Below, one piece after another: positions 46,342 to 57,144 of a DNA stretch of 64,000 bases. The position numbers and the translations under genes were made by a program. This DNA comes from Gammaproteobacteria bacterium (GTDB lineage: Bacteria > Pseudomonadota > Gammaproteobacteria > JAJFKG01). The number at the start of each line of letters is the position of its first letter. The first letter of the stretch is position 1. Below the pieces are notes generated by a model, which did not search any database, was not told the origin of the DNA, and worked only from the letters and a program-made list of their open reading frames with translations. The stretch is taken from contig OZ220716.1 in NCBI GenBank assembly GCA_965116795.1, positions 1,130,503-1,194,502 of the forward strand, given 5' to 3'.

Positions 46342-47918
46342 TAGGTTTTAAGGTTGTGATTAGCCGTAGGGAGGTGTTGGAAGCACCTTCCTGTGGCGCT
46401 AGTGATGATGATTGCTCTGTGTGTTCTGGATAGCAAGTTAATAATGGTAATAAGAACGGTTATTGCGCTCGTTAGCGATATTATATGCCAGCTAGCTTAA
46501 TGACCTTGCAAAATAAGGCATTATCTTGCGCTGATGAAGTAGCACCACTATCCCGAACGCATGTTCTCTAAAAGTCACTAGTAACACAAGTAATTAGCTT
46601 TACATTTTTCTGTGTGACTAGTTTGGAATATCTCGGGTTCTAAACTGTTTGGTGAAATTGTACTTAATGCTTTGTTATTGAAGGGTTATGCTTGAGTATG
46701 AGTTTGTGGGTGTAACCTATATATTATAAATAATATATATAACGCTATAAACACTCTGTGTTTTATAGCTGTTGTAATGGAGTAATGGTTTGTAAACGAA
46801 AAGCAATAGGGGTTTAGGTTAAAATTACAATACCCCTAAAACGCTTATAGACGATTACCAGTACACTTACAGCCTAGAATTACGTAATAAAAGCAAATTA
46901 GATCTCGATCGTGAATGAAAGATGAATTATCACTGTTAACATGTTGCCATTGTTATTTATGCAGGTGGAAAAATAGGGGGATTAAATAAATAATTTTACG
47001 CCGCGCTGCACCTGCAAACATAAAGCCGTGACGATAGAAATTCAATGCGCGATCGATTTTAAATGTCGCGCACAACAGCCGTACAAGATCACTGCGCGCA
47101 TTTCTACGCATAAGGCATAGGGTATGGCTATTCAAGCAAGAACGCCGCTTAAAACGCTTTATTTTCAATTATGGTGAGGTGGTATTGTTAAGTGTGTGGT
47201 CTGGACTCACTTCATTCAAGCAAAACGTAAACGTAAATGCTGTTAACACAAGCGCGAATTGCAAAACGTTTACGCCAATGTACATGCAAGACGTTAACAA
47301 GCTGTTGTGTATTTTGCTAAGACGAGTTGCAAGTTAATGCATGATGAATAGCAAGCAAGTGATCCACTGATTTCGATGACGTTTAACTTAAGTTTTACCG
47401 TTATTTTTATGCTTATGCCAGGGCATAGGGGAGTCTAACTTTTTCTATTTTTGGCAAATGATCAGTTTAAGTGCACCGTGTTATCTACGAAATGATGAGG
47501 TTATCGTGCAATGTTTTAATTGCAACAAAAAAGCGATTTTGTGTTAGACTTTTTGTTAACGTCGGAAGTGGTTTACATAACGCAAGTGCAAGTAACACGA
47601 CTGACAGAGTTGTTAACATCAACGACGGTTAATTAAAAACAATCAGCAATGTGTTAGCGATGTAATGGTTGTAAACGTATTAGCGTTATGTATGGACTTG
47701 AACACAAGCGTTTACTCGTTTCGTTAACAGCGGTGATAAACACACAGCAGTTACCAACAAACTTAAACGACGTTAGCGTTCAACAACTTTCTCGTAGTTG
47801 CAGTAACAACACCAGGCGGTAGAACAGATGCAGCTGTTAGGAATTTCAAGACACAGAGAAATGGCAGACGGTCAAATACGAATTGACGACGAAACATTCT
47901 AGAGAATCAAACAGCTAC

Positions 47919-47972
47919 GGGTCCTTCCTCGGGCTGAAACGCATTCGGGGCTCCAGCGCGCAAAATGTCGCT
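47919..47972 (+). other. Lambda-like cos site (cosQ + cosN)
   Basis: GGGTCCT (47919-47925), then TTCG/GGGCTCCAGCG/CGCAAAATGTCGCT, collinear with lambda cosQ-cosN as recalled. Confidence 0.7.
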
Positions 47973-47999
47973 AGCGTCAGAGCAAAAAAAATGGTTCGT

Positions 48000-48330
48000 G
48001 GTTTGCACCCTCCCAAGCATAAAACTCTAAACAATCAAATAGTTACAAGCAAAATCGGGGCTAAAACCCTCAATAAGTGGTTTGCACCAAATTACCCATA
48101 ACCCATTGAATTTTTAAGGTTTATTCTGAAAAAATGGACTGCAAACCTAAAACGCAACCAAGTTTGCGCCTATTCTAGGTTAACCTATTGAATCTTAAAG
48201 AATATTTCTGAAAAAACCCCTGCAAACCCCTCAATCAACAGGGTTTGCACTCAATTTAGCTAACCCATTGAATTTACAGCTTTTTACCTAATTCTCAGTG
48301 CAACCCCCCATCTGACAGGGTTTGCACGTT
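48000..48330. repeat. cosB-like array: about 80-bp period GGTTTGCAC/TGCAAACC motifs with IHF-like sites
   Basis: GGTTTGC-type motifs near 48000, 48079, 48161, 48242, 48319; TAACCYATTGAAT at 48099, 48181, 48261; AATCAA-ATAG-TTA at 48033-48045. Confidence 0.75.
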
Positions 48331-48390
48331 CGCTTGCACTTGGCTTGAGGCTTAGCGCTTCATTCAACTCACTTGGACAGGATGGATTAT

Positions 48391-49632
48391 ATGGAATTGA
48401 CGGTTCAACACACATCACTGAGAGAACTTATCCCTTATGCCCGTAATGCACGCACCCATAGTGAGCAACAGGTGGCACAAATCGCCGCCTCGATTGCGGA
48501 GTTTGGGTTTGTCAGTCCGGTACTGATTGGCAGTGACCATATCATCATTGCAGGACATGGGCGTGTACTGGCAGCACAAAAGCTTGGGCTTGAAACAGTG
48601 CCAACCATTACGCTGGTTCACTTAAATGAAAACCAACGTCGTGCCTTAGTGATTGCTGATAATAAACTCGCTGAGAATGCAGGCTGGGATGAGGAATTAT
48701 TACGCTTGGAATTGCAAAGCTTGGTTGATGAGGATTTCAATATTGATTTACTGGGCTTTGACGATGTGGATTTAGAGGCACTGTTATCTGACATGACTAC
48801 CGATGAGGACAATGTCGTTGAAGAGAATATCCCTGAGCCACAAGTCAATCCCGTCAGCCAACTCGGTGATGTTTGGGTATTAGGCCAGCATCGATTACTG
48901 TGTGGTGATGCCACCGAGGCGAGTGACCTCTATGCCTTGATGGGTGACGAACTAGCCGATATGGTGTTTACGGATCCCCCGTATAACGTCAATTACGATG
49001 ATGTGGAAAAATACTCAGCTAAGCAATCTAATAAAACAAAACGCAAGATCCTAAACGATAATCTTGGGACGCAATTCGAGCGCTTCTTGTTTAAAGCCTG
49101 CAGTAATCTCATCACTTACGTTAAAGGGGCAGTGTACATTTGCATGAGCTCGAGTGAACTCGATACGCTAAAACGCACCTTTTGTGAAGCCGGTGGCAAG
49201 TGGTCGACTTTCATTATCTGGGCAAAGAATGCATTTACATTAGGCCGCTCTGATTATCAACGTCAATATGAACCGATTTTGTATGGCTGGCCACACGGTA
49301 ATGATCATTATTGGTGCGGTGCACGCGATCAAGGGGATGTGTGGTTTTGTGATAAGCCGCGTAAGAATGACCTCCATCCAACCATGAAGCCCGTGGAGTT
49401 AGTGTGTCGCGCAATTAAGAACTCGAGTAAAACCAGCGATATTATTCTTGATCCGTTTGCAGGCTCTGGCTCAACGTTAATTGCCGCAGAACAAACGGGC
49501 AGACGGGCACGGTTAATAGAATTAGATCCGCGTTATGTCGATGTGATCATTCAACGTTGGCAAACACTAACGGGTCAACAAGCTTACCAGCAGGATACCC
49601 AACAATCGTATAACGCACTGCAAGCACAATAA
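48391..49632 (+). CDS. ParB-like domain + N6/N4 DNA methyltransferase
   Basis: LIPYARNARTHS, IIAGHGR, FTDPPYN, HPTMKP, LDPFAGSG. Confidence 0.92.
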   Translation: MELTVQHTSLRELIPYARNARTHSEQQVAQIAASIAEFGFVSPVLIGSDHIIIAGHGRVLAAQKLGLETVPTITLVHLNENQRRALVIADNKLAENAGWDEELLRLELQSLVDEDFNIDLLGFDDVDLEALLSDMTTDEDNVVEENIPEPQVNPVSQLGDVWVLGQHRLLCGDATEASDLYALMGDELADMVFTDPPYNVNYDDVEKYSAKQSNKTKRKILNDNLGTQFERFLFKACSNLITYVKGAVYICMSSSELDTLKRTFCEAGGKWSTFIIWAKNAFTLGRSDYQRQYEPILYGWPHGNDHYWCGARDQGDVWFCDKPRKNDLHPTMKPVELVCRAIKNSSKTSDIILDPFAGSGSTLIAAEQTGRRARLIELDPRYVDVIIQRWQTLTGQQAYQQDTQQSYNALQAQ

Positions 49633-49670
49633 ACTACCGTTATTCATTGACAGTAAAGGAGATCGTACAC

Positions 49671-50213
49671 ATGGGTGTTTCTATTCGTGAATATGCTAGA
49701 CAACGTGGGGTAAGCGATACGGCTGTTCGCAAAGCCATTAAACAAGGCCGCATTACCAAAGAGCCCGACGGTACCATTGATATTAAACGTGCTGATAAAC
49801 AATGGCGTGAAAATACAGCCAACCCTAAAACCCATACTATGAAACCAGTGCCTACTTCTGCACTGCAAGATGTCGCGACAACATTGCGTGAGAATGGCCG
49901 AACCGTGAGCGCACACGGTAGCACCTATTTAGAAGCGAAGACGGCCAATGAAATCATCAAAGCACAAACCAATCGATTGCGCCTTAAGCAACTCAAAGGC
50001 GAATTAATTGATCGCAAGCTGGCCTGCGATCATGTTTTTCAATTAGGACGCCAAGAGCGCGATGCGTGGTTGACGTGGCCTGCACGGGTTGCCAGTCAAA
50101 TGGCCGCTGAGACAGTCAATTTAAATGAGGCCCCTCAGTTACAAATTGTACTTGAGCGTTATGTGCATGACCATTTGTCAGCATTAAGCGAAATTGAACC
50201 GGATTTTGATTAA
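49671..50213 (+). CDS. Terminase small subunit (Nu1-like)
   Basis: MGVSIREYARQRGVSDTAVRKAI HTH; AAGGAG RBS; precedes large subunit. Confidence 0.8.
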   Translation: MGVSIREYARQRGVSDTAVRKAIKQGRITKEPDGTIDIKRADKQWRENTANPKTHTMKPVPTSALQDVATTLRENGRTVSAHGSTYLEAKTANEIIKAQTNRLRLKQLKGELIDRKLACDHVFQLGRQERDAWLTWPARVASQMAAETVNLNEAPQLQIVLERYVHDHLSALSEIEPDFD

Positions 50214-50234
50214 AGTAAATGAAGTGATCAGCCT

Positions 50235-52274
50235 ATGCGTGAACAAGATGCCATTGAAGCTTGGCAATTAAGCTTAAAGCCCGATCAGTTATTAACGATT
50301 TCACAGTGGGCAGATGATTATCGCACGTTGTCCCCCAAAGCCGCGGCAGAACCTGGGCGCTGGCGCACGGATAGGACACCCTATTTGCGTGAGATAATGG
50401 ATGCGCTATCGCCCCACTGCCCTGTGCAACGGGTAGTCTTCATGAAAGGGGCGCAGATTGGTGGAACAGAGGCGGGCAATAATTGGATTGGCTATGTTAT
50501 TCATTTATCGCCTGCACCTATGATGGCGGTAGCCCCAACAACAGAATTAGCCAAACGTAATTCAAAGCAGCGTATTGATCCACTCATTGAAGATTGCGCG
50601 GCATTAAAGGAACGTGTTAAGCCAGCACGCTCGCGTGATTCAGGCAATACCGTATTATCAAAAGATTTCCCAGGTGGCGTGTTGGTGATGACGGGGGCTA
50701 ACTCGGCTGTCGGGTTACGCTCCATGCCAGCACGGTATTTGTTTATGGATGAGGTCGACGGGTACCCTGGAGATGTTGAAGGGGAAGGCGACCCCATCGT
50801 ATTAGCAGAACGTCGCAGTGCGACATTTCAAACACGACGTAAAATCTTTTTAGTGAGTACGCCAACATTGCGTGGTTTATCCCGCATCCAACGTGAGTTT
50901 GAGCAAACAGACCAACGTTACTACCATGTGCCGTGCCCGCACTGCGAGCATTATCAAGCATTACGTTTTGCGCAATTGCGTTGGGAAGAAGGTTCCCCAA
51001 CCAATGTCACCTATGAATGTGAAGCCTGCGATGAATTGATTGCAGAGCATCATAAAACAGAGCTATTAGCTAACGGTAAATGGGTCGCAACGAATGATAA
51101 CCCGCAACAACAGCATACGGTTGGGTATCACTTATCAAGTTTATACAGCCCGATTGGCTGGTTTAGTTGGTCAGATGCAGCGAGTCTTTATGAACAAGCC
51201 AAAGCGCATCCAGAGCTCATGAAAAGTTTTGTGAATACTGTATTAGGAGAGCCGTATGAAGAAGAACACGATGCACCGGACTGGGAAGTCCTTTACCAAC
51301 GACGTCAAGCATACCCGCAAGGCATTGTCCCGCTTGGTGGCTTGTTTCTCACGGCTGGTGTTGATATTCAAAAAGACCGTATTGAGTGTGAAATCGTTGC
51401 TTGGTCACGTGATAAGCAAAGTTGGTCAGTTGATTACAAAGTTTTGGCAGGTGATACAGCACGTACTGATGTCTGGCGACAATTAGAAGCGGTATTACAA
51501 CACGATTGGCCGCATGCATCAGGGCATACCTTACCGATTCGAGTGATGGCCGTTGACAGTGGTTATGCCACCCAAGAAGTCTATAACTGGGTACGTCAAC
51601 ATCCTCAAGCGATTTGGGGTGGCGGTGGTGCCAGAGCCAATCAACCGCGCACAGTCGTAGCAGTCAAAGGCCGTGATAGAGATACGGCGTTAATATTAAG
51701 TGCCTCTAAAACAGAACTCAGTGGTAAGCGTCGTAGCCTTCGCGTATGGAATGTCTCCAGCTCGGTTGCAAAAGTCGAATTGTATCGTTGGTTAAAGTTG
51801 GAGTGTCCTATTAGCGATGATGATGAATCTCAATCTGCTAACGCTCCGGCAGGTTATTGTCATTTCCCGCAGTATGAGCCAGAGTATTTCAAACAATTAA
51901 CCGCTGAGAAACGGATTATCCGCATACACCGCGGTTACCCGAAAGCGGTGTGGGAGAAAGACCCAACACGGCGTAACGAAGCCTTAGATTGCCGTGTGTA
52001 TGCCAGAGCGGCTGCCAGCATTTATGGATTAGACCGGTTTAATGAACATCATTGGCAACAGTTTGAAGCGGCATTAGGTAAACCACCCCCTGTGCCAGCA
52101 GCAACCTTAACGGTTGTTAAGCAAGATAACGCTACGGTATCAGCACAGCACAAACCCTCAACGATAGCCTCGTCATCAACCCATTTTATGCGTGCGTACA
52201 TTGAGAATGGGCCACAGGTGCAATTACCGGATGACCCGTATTTACAAGATGATTTGAGTGATTTGTTAGATTGA
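50235..52274 (+). CDS. Terminase large subunit (gpA family)
   Basis: TPYLREIMD, KGAQIGGTE, DEVD, STPT, AGVDIQ, VDSG, RNEALDC. Confidence 0.95.
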   Translation: MREQDAIEAWQLSLKPDQLLTISQWADDYRTLSPKAAAEPGRWRTDRTPYLREIMDALSPHCPVQRVVFMKGAQIGGTEAGNNWIGYVIHLSPAPMMAVAPTTELAKRNSKQRIDPLIEDCAALKERVKPARSRDSGNTVLSKDFPGGVLVMTGANSAVGLRSMPARYLFMDEVDGYPGDVEGEGDPIVLAERRSATFQTRRKIFLVSTPTLRGLSRIQREFEQTDQRYYHVPCPHCEHYQALRFAQLRWEEGSPTNVTYECEACDELIAEHHKTELLANGKWVATNDNPQQQHTVGYHLSSLYSPIGWFSWSDAASLYEQAKAHPELMKSFVNTVLGEPYEEEHDAPDWEVLYQRRQAYPQGIVPLGGLFLTAGVDIQKDRIECEIVAWSRDKQSWSVDYKVLAGDTARTDVWRQLEAVLQHDWPHASGHTLPIRVMAVDSGYATQEVYNWVRQHPQAIWGGGGARANQPRTVVAVKGRDRDTALILSASKTELSGKRRSLRVWNVSSSVAKVELYRWLKLECPISDDDESQSANAPAGYCHFPQYEPEYFKQLTAEKRIIRIHRGYPKAVWEKDPTRRNEALDCRVYARAAASIYGLDRFNEHHWQQFEAALGKPPPVPAATLTVVKQDNATVSAQHKPSTIASSSTHFMRAYIENGPQVQLPDDPYLQDDLSDLLD

Positions 52275-52290
52275 ATGGAAAGGATACAGG

Positions 52291-52527
52291 ATGTCAATAC
52301 CAGATTTAGCCACATTACAAACGCGACTCAAAGAAGCCGAAGAGGCTTATCATTTATTAATGACAGGCTCTCAAGAAGCGAGTGTTCACATAGATGGGTA
52401 TGGGAGCATCACCTATACCACAGCCAGTTTAACCCAGTTGGAATGTTATATCAGTCACTTAAAAACGATTATTGCAAGACAAACCGGTCGTGGTGGTGGA
52501 CGCAAAGCCTTATTTGTAGGGTTTTAA
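52291..52527 (+). CDS. Head-tail joining protein (gpW-like)
   Basis: LKEAEEAYHLLMTG...ITYT.A....LECYI; between terminase and portal. Confidence 0.85.
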   Translation: MSIPDLATLQTRLKEAEEAYHLLMTGSQEASVHIDGYGSITYTTASLTQLECYISHLKTIIARQTGRGGGRKALFVGF

Positions 52528-53499
52528 TATGCGTATGCATTCAAGCAAAACAACGGATACAGCGCATCGCGGAGCTTCATTGAATGCCAGTGAAATAGCG
52601 TCTTGGCATCCATTTGCAGGGTCGGCTGATAGTGATTTACTACCGGAGTTAGGCACGTTAGTCTCACGTTCACGGGATTTAGTGCGCAATCATGGTGTCG
52701 CTAGCGGTGCGATACAAACCTTAACCGATAATATTGTGGGTACCGGATTACGCTTAGCGGCGCGGCCGGATTATGTTGCACTCGGTAAAAGCAAAGAGTG
52801 GGCAGATGACTGGGCACGGCAAGTTGAGTCCCACTGGCGTACTTGGGCTGAATCCACAAGCTGTGATGCCGCGAATTCACTCACCTTTGCAGGTTTAACC
52901 ATACAAGTGTTTCGCTCTTCGTTATTAAATGGAGAAAGCTTGGCATTACCGTTGTGGTTACCAAACCGTAACTTTGCGACAACACTGCAGTTAATAGAAG
53001 CGGATAGATTAAGCAATCCCAATGGTGAGCAAGATACGCAAACATTGCGCGGTGGCATTGAGATTGATAAGTTTGGCGCACCCATAGCGTATTGGATTAA
53101 GCGCACCCATCCAGGTGACAGATTCATGCTAGCACAAGATAATGATTGGCAACGCATACCAGCGACAACAAAGTTTGGTCGCCAACGGGTATTGCATATT
53201 CATGATAAAGAGCGTACCGGACAAACGCGTGGCAAGCCGCTATTAACCAGTGTGCTGCCATTATTCAAAACATTAGACCATTACGAGCGCAGTGAATTAC
53301 AAGCCGCGGTGGTGAATGCGATGATAGCGGCCTTTGTTGAAAGCCCGTTAGATAATGAGGGTATCAGTGATTTATTTGGCGGTGATTTGAATGAATATAT
53401 GAAAGCAAGGGGGCAGTGGCGCTTGAACTTAAAAAGCGGTGCTATTATCCCGGTCTTCCCGGGTGACAAAGTCTCATCCTTTACCCCCAGTCGACCTAA

Positions 53500-54364
53500 G
53501 AGCCTGTTCAAAATCCAAGAGTAAAGAGTTAACATCTGCGCTGTTATCATTTAAGAGGGAGTTAAAATGCGCAGGGGATATCCAAGCGACATAAGTCGAG
53601 AGCAATTTGCGTTAATAGAGCCATTATTGCTGAGTGCTAGAAAGCAGACGCGTCCAAGACAATATGATTTATATGATATTTTCTGTTCGGTACTTTATTT
53701 ATTGAAAACAGCCTGTCAATGGCGAATGTTGCCCCAAGATTTTCCAAAATGGCGCAGCGTCCACGCCTATTTTCAAATTTGGAGTGAACAAGTTGATGGA
53801 GAACCAAGCCTACTTGAGCAGGCTTTAAAAAAAATTGGTTGCCGAATTACGCGTTGATGATAATCGCAAAGAAAAAACCAGTTTCTGCATTGTCGATGCG
53901 CAAAGTGTAAAAAACACAGATACAGCAGAAAACAAGGGTTACGATGCGGGCAAGAAGATATCTGGTATCAAGAGACATATTGCTGTGGATACCCAAGGAT
54001 TACCGCATGCTATTCACATTACAACGGCTAATATAACAGACCGTGCAGGTGCAATTATTATGTTTACGAAGTCAAAAGACAACTTGAGTACAGTTCAAAA
54101 TGTGTTAGTGGACGGTGGTTATACGGGGCTCCTTTTTGCTGAGGCGATACAGGAAATCATTGGTGCGACTGTTGAGGTGGCTAAACGCAGTGAATTACAT
54201 AAGTTTGCTGTGATACCAAAACGCTGGGTGGTGGAACGTTCATTTGGTTGGATTGAAAAATGTCGGCGACTATGGAAAAACTGCGAAAGAAAAATGAATA
54301 CAAGTTTGCAAATGGTGGTGTTGGCTTTTTTAGTGTTGGCTATTAGAAGATTTTGAACAGGCTC
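53500..54364 (+). mobile_element. IS5-family element with TAA target duplication
   Basis: 16-bp TIR GAGCCTGTTCAAAATC / GATTTTGAACAGGCTC; TAA at 53497-53499 and 54365-54367. Confidence 0.95.
53567..54356 (+). CDS. IS5-family transposase, two frames joined at an A8 tract
   Basis: YPSDIS, QWRMLPQDFP, IVDAQSVK, GIKRHIAVD, DGGY, RWVVERSFGW; A8 at 53827-53834. Confidence 0.9.
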
Positions 54365-54961
54365 TAACAGTGGCTACGGGCAATTTGTCGAGAATGTATT
54401 ACGGCATATTGGCACCGGGCTTAATTTGCCCTTTGAATTATTGATGAAGGATTTTTCGAAAACGAACTACTCCAGTGCTCGCGCTGCGCTAATGGAAGCG
54501 TGGCGCTTTTTTTCAGGCAGACGGCAATGGTTAGCGACGTACTGGGCAAGACCGGTGTATGCATTGTGGCTAGAAGAAGCCATTAACAAAGGATTAATTG
54601 AAGCCCCCAACTTCTATCAACAAAAACAAGCTTGGACACGCTCTAAGTGGATTGGTTCCGGCAGGGGTTGGATTGATCCTGTGAAAGAAGCGCAAGCCTC
54701 AAACATTCGGATGAATATTGGATTATCCACATTAGAAGAAGAATGCGCTGCCCAAGGTTTGGATTGGGAAGAAGTGTTAGAGCAACGCGCACGCGAGCAA
54801 GCCAAACAAAAAGAGCTTGGTTTAACCACAGATAACACAGTTGCACCTTCACCTAAAAAACCGAACAACACTACGGTTAATGACGACACAGTCAATGACG
54901 ATGCTAACGCCGTGTAACAACGGCCAATGCTTACCGCTTAACCACTCAAAGGAAATAGACT

Positions 54962-56143
54962 ATGCGCGCTTGGAACAAAGCCACTGGCGAGCCGTGGGCA
55001 ATTACTCATAATGCTCTCAGTAATATATTAGATATTGCGGCAAGACAAAACCAGTCACCGGAAGTCGTCGCGGCTAAGTTAGGTCGTGAGTTACAGAATA
55101 CGCGCCAGATGACTATCAACAATGGCGTTGCAGTAATTCCGGTTGTGGGTGCATTGTTTCGTTACGCCAATGTGTTTACCCAAGTCAGTGGTGCATCTTC
55201 TTACGAGTTAATTGCAACAGACTTCAGAGATGCATTTGCCGATAACGATGTGCATACCATTGTGCTTAACATTGATTCGCCAGGGGGCGAAGTGAATGGC
55301 TGTTGTGATTTAGCACAGACTATTTATGAAGCCAGAGGCAAGAAACCCATTATTGCCTATGCCTCTGGTGATGTGGCATCGGGGGCGTATTGGATAGCCA
55401 GTGCCTGCGATAAGATTGTTGTGTCCAAGACTAGTAGCGTTGGCTCTATTGGCGTTGTCGGTGTGTATCGTGATAACAAAGATGACAATAGCATTGAGAT
55501 TGTTTCATCACAAAGCCCGCATAAGCGTGTTGATATCACAACTGATGATGGCCGCACCCGTTTACAACAACGCATTGATGCGATGGCTAACGTATTTATC
55601 GATGCTGTGGCTACATATCGCAACATTTCACCTGAATCAGTACAACAACGTTACGGAGGTGGTGATGTCTTTATTGGTGAGCAAGCTGTTACTCAGGGCT
55701 TAGCCGATAACATCAACACATTCGATAACTTGCTTGCTGGATTTCAACAGCAAACTTCTCAACCCATTTATTCATACTCACAGGAGACATCTACTATGAC
55801 TGAGAAAACATCTGAAAATACTGTATCAATCGATGCAGCAAATTTACTAGAAAAAGGCAAAGTGCAAGAACACGCTCGCATCCAAGCTATCTTAACCTGT
55901 AGGGCAGCTGAGCATCGAGAAAAGTTAGCACAACACCTGGCATTTGCGACCAACATGGATGTCGAGCTTGCAAAACAAACGTTAGCGTCTGCACCGACAT
56001 CATCATCGCAAACAACCGATACCACTGGCTTTCAAGCGGCAATGAATAAACTTGATAACCCTGACATTGTGCCAAGCAGTGCATCGGATAATGAAGAGAG
56101 TGAAGAGATTGACTCGGTTGTTAAACGTATCGCGAGTTATTAA
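54962..56143 (+). CDS. S49 head maturation protease with C-terminal scaffold (gpC/Nu3-like)
   Basis: IDSPGG, ASGAYWIAS, GSIGV; internal AGGAG + in-frame ATG at 55796. Confidence 0.9.
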   Translation: MRAWNKATGEPWAITHNALSNILDIAARQNQSPEVVAAKLGRELQNTRQMTINNGVAVIPVVGALFRYANVFTQVSGASSYELIATDFRDAFADNDVHTIVLNIDSPGGEVNGCCDLAQTIYEARGKKPIIAYASGDVASGAYWIASACDKIVVSKTSSVGSIGVVGVYRDNKDDNSIEIVSSQSPHKRVDITTDDGRTRLQQRIDAMANVFIDAVATYRNISPESVQQRYGGGDVFIGEQAVTQGLADNINTFDNLLAGFQQQTSQPIYSYSQETSTMTEKTSENTVSIDAANLLEKGKVQEHARIQAILTCRAAEHREKLAQHLAFATNMDVELAKQTLASAPTSSSQTTDTTGFQAAMNKLDNPDIVPSSASDNEESEEIDSVVKRIASY

Positions 56144-56243
56144 TGGCACTTTGGATAATCGCATTTCTATTAATTAAGCGGAGGAAACCAACATGAGCGC
56201 AAAAGGCTTTACTGACCAGGGGTCAATTACCCCCGATAATTTA

Positions 56244-56807
56244 TAGTCCTCTAAATGGTTAAAACCCCCGTCTTCCAGACGGGAAAATCTTCAGATCTTG
56301 TTGTATGATGTGGGCATGGGCAACTATACGCACAGTCACCATACGGTCTACCACCATCGATACCACATTGTTTGGGTAACGAAGTATCGTTATAAAGTTT
56401 TGCAAGGTGAGCTACGTCTTCGCGTTCGTGCTCTTGTAGCGCAAGTAGCTGAGGAAATGGGGGTTGAAATACTCAATGGAGTATTGTCAACAGAGCACAT
56501 CCATCTTTTTGTTAGTATTCCACCGCATATTTCAGTAAGTGATTTTGTTAAAAAGGCAAAGGGTCGTTCATCGCGCAAAATCCAGCAAGAGTTTCCTAGT
56601 ATTCGCAAACGCTATTGGGGCAGGCATTTTTGGGGTCGTGGATATTTTAGTAGCACAAGTGGCAATGTAACAGATGATATCATTAATGCTTACATTGATA
56701 ATCATGTTGATGCTCATAAAGTGGATTATGAATCGAATATGTCTTTAGACTGATACCGGCTTCAGCCTAGATCTCCAACCCACCAACTTCTAGTTGGTGG
56801 TGGTTGA
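56244..56807 (+). mobile_element. IS200/IS605-family element (tnpA only), no target duplication
   Basis: Subterminal hairpins CCCGTCT-TCC-AGACGGG (56267-56283) and CCACCAACT-TCT-AGTTGGTGG (56780-56800). Confidence 0.9.
56298..56753 (+). CDS. tnpA: Y1 (HUH) transposase; start probably 56316
   Basis: YHIVWVTKYR, HIH, KGRSSR, FWGRGYF, YI..H. Confidence 0.95.
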   Translation: MLYDVGMGNYTHSHHTVYHHRYHIVWVTKYRYKVLQGELRLRVRALVAQVAEEMGVEILNGVLSTEHIHLFVSIPPHISVSDFVKKAKGRSSRKIQQEFPSIRKRYWGRHFWGRGYFSSTSGNVTDDIINAYIDNHVDAHKVDYESNMSLD

Positions 56808-57144
56808 GTTGCAGGGGAATTCCCTTGCGTACAACGTACAGAGACTATCACTGGCGGTATGAAGTTACCCCGTGGTGCGGTGTTAGGCCGCATCAACGAC
56901 TCGGGCCTTTTTACATTAAGTAAATTACGTGCCGGTGATGGCTCCCAACTCCCCGTCGCCATCTTGGCTGAAGACTGTGATGCCACCAGCGATACCCAAG
57001 CGGTGGTCTATCACGCAGGAGAATTCAATGCCAAAGCCTTAACCTATGGTGAGGGTCATACAGTTAAGTCGGTATGGGAGGCTCGACGCGCGGCAGCAGG
57101 TAACAACACCTTATTTCTACGTAATAATCAAGAGGCTTAACCCT

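Larger units (their letters stand above)
52529..54917 (+). pseudogene. Lambda-family portal protein interrupted by IS5 (about 506 aa when joined)
   Basis: RSRDLVRN, GQTRGKP, NYSSARAAL, GWIDPVKE; removing the IS restores SRP-NSGYG. Confidence 0.9.
56193..57140 (+). pseudogene. Head decoration protein (gpD-like) interrupted by IS200
   Basis: Removing 56244-56807 gives ITPDNL-VAGEFP...RGAVLG...DGSQLPVAILAED. Confidence 0.88.

Noticed and set aside
46400-48330. Short ORFs 46953..47168 and 47883..48101
   Set aside because: No motifs or RBS; the second overlaps the cos site
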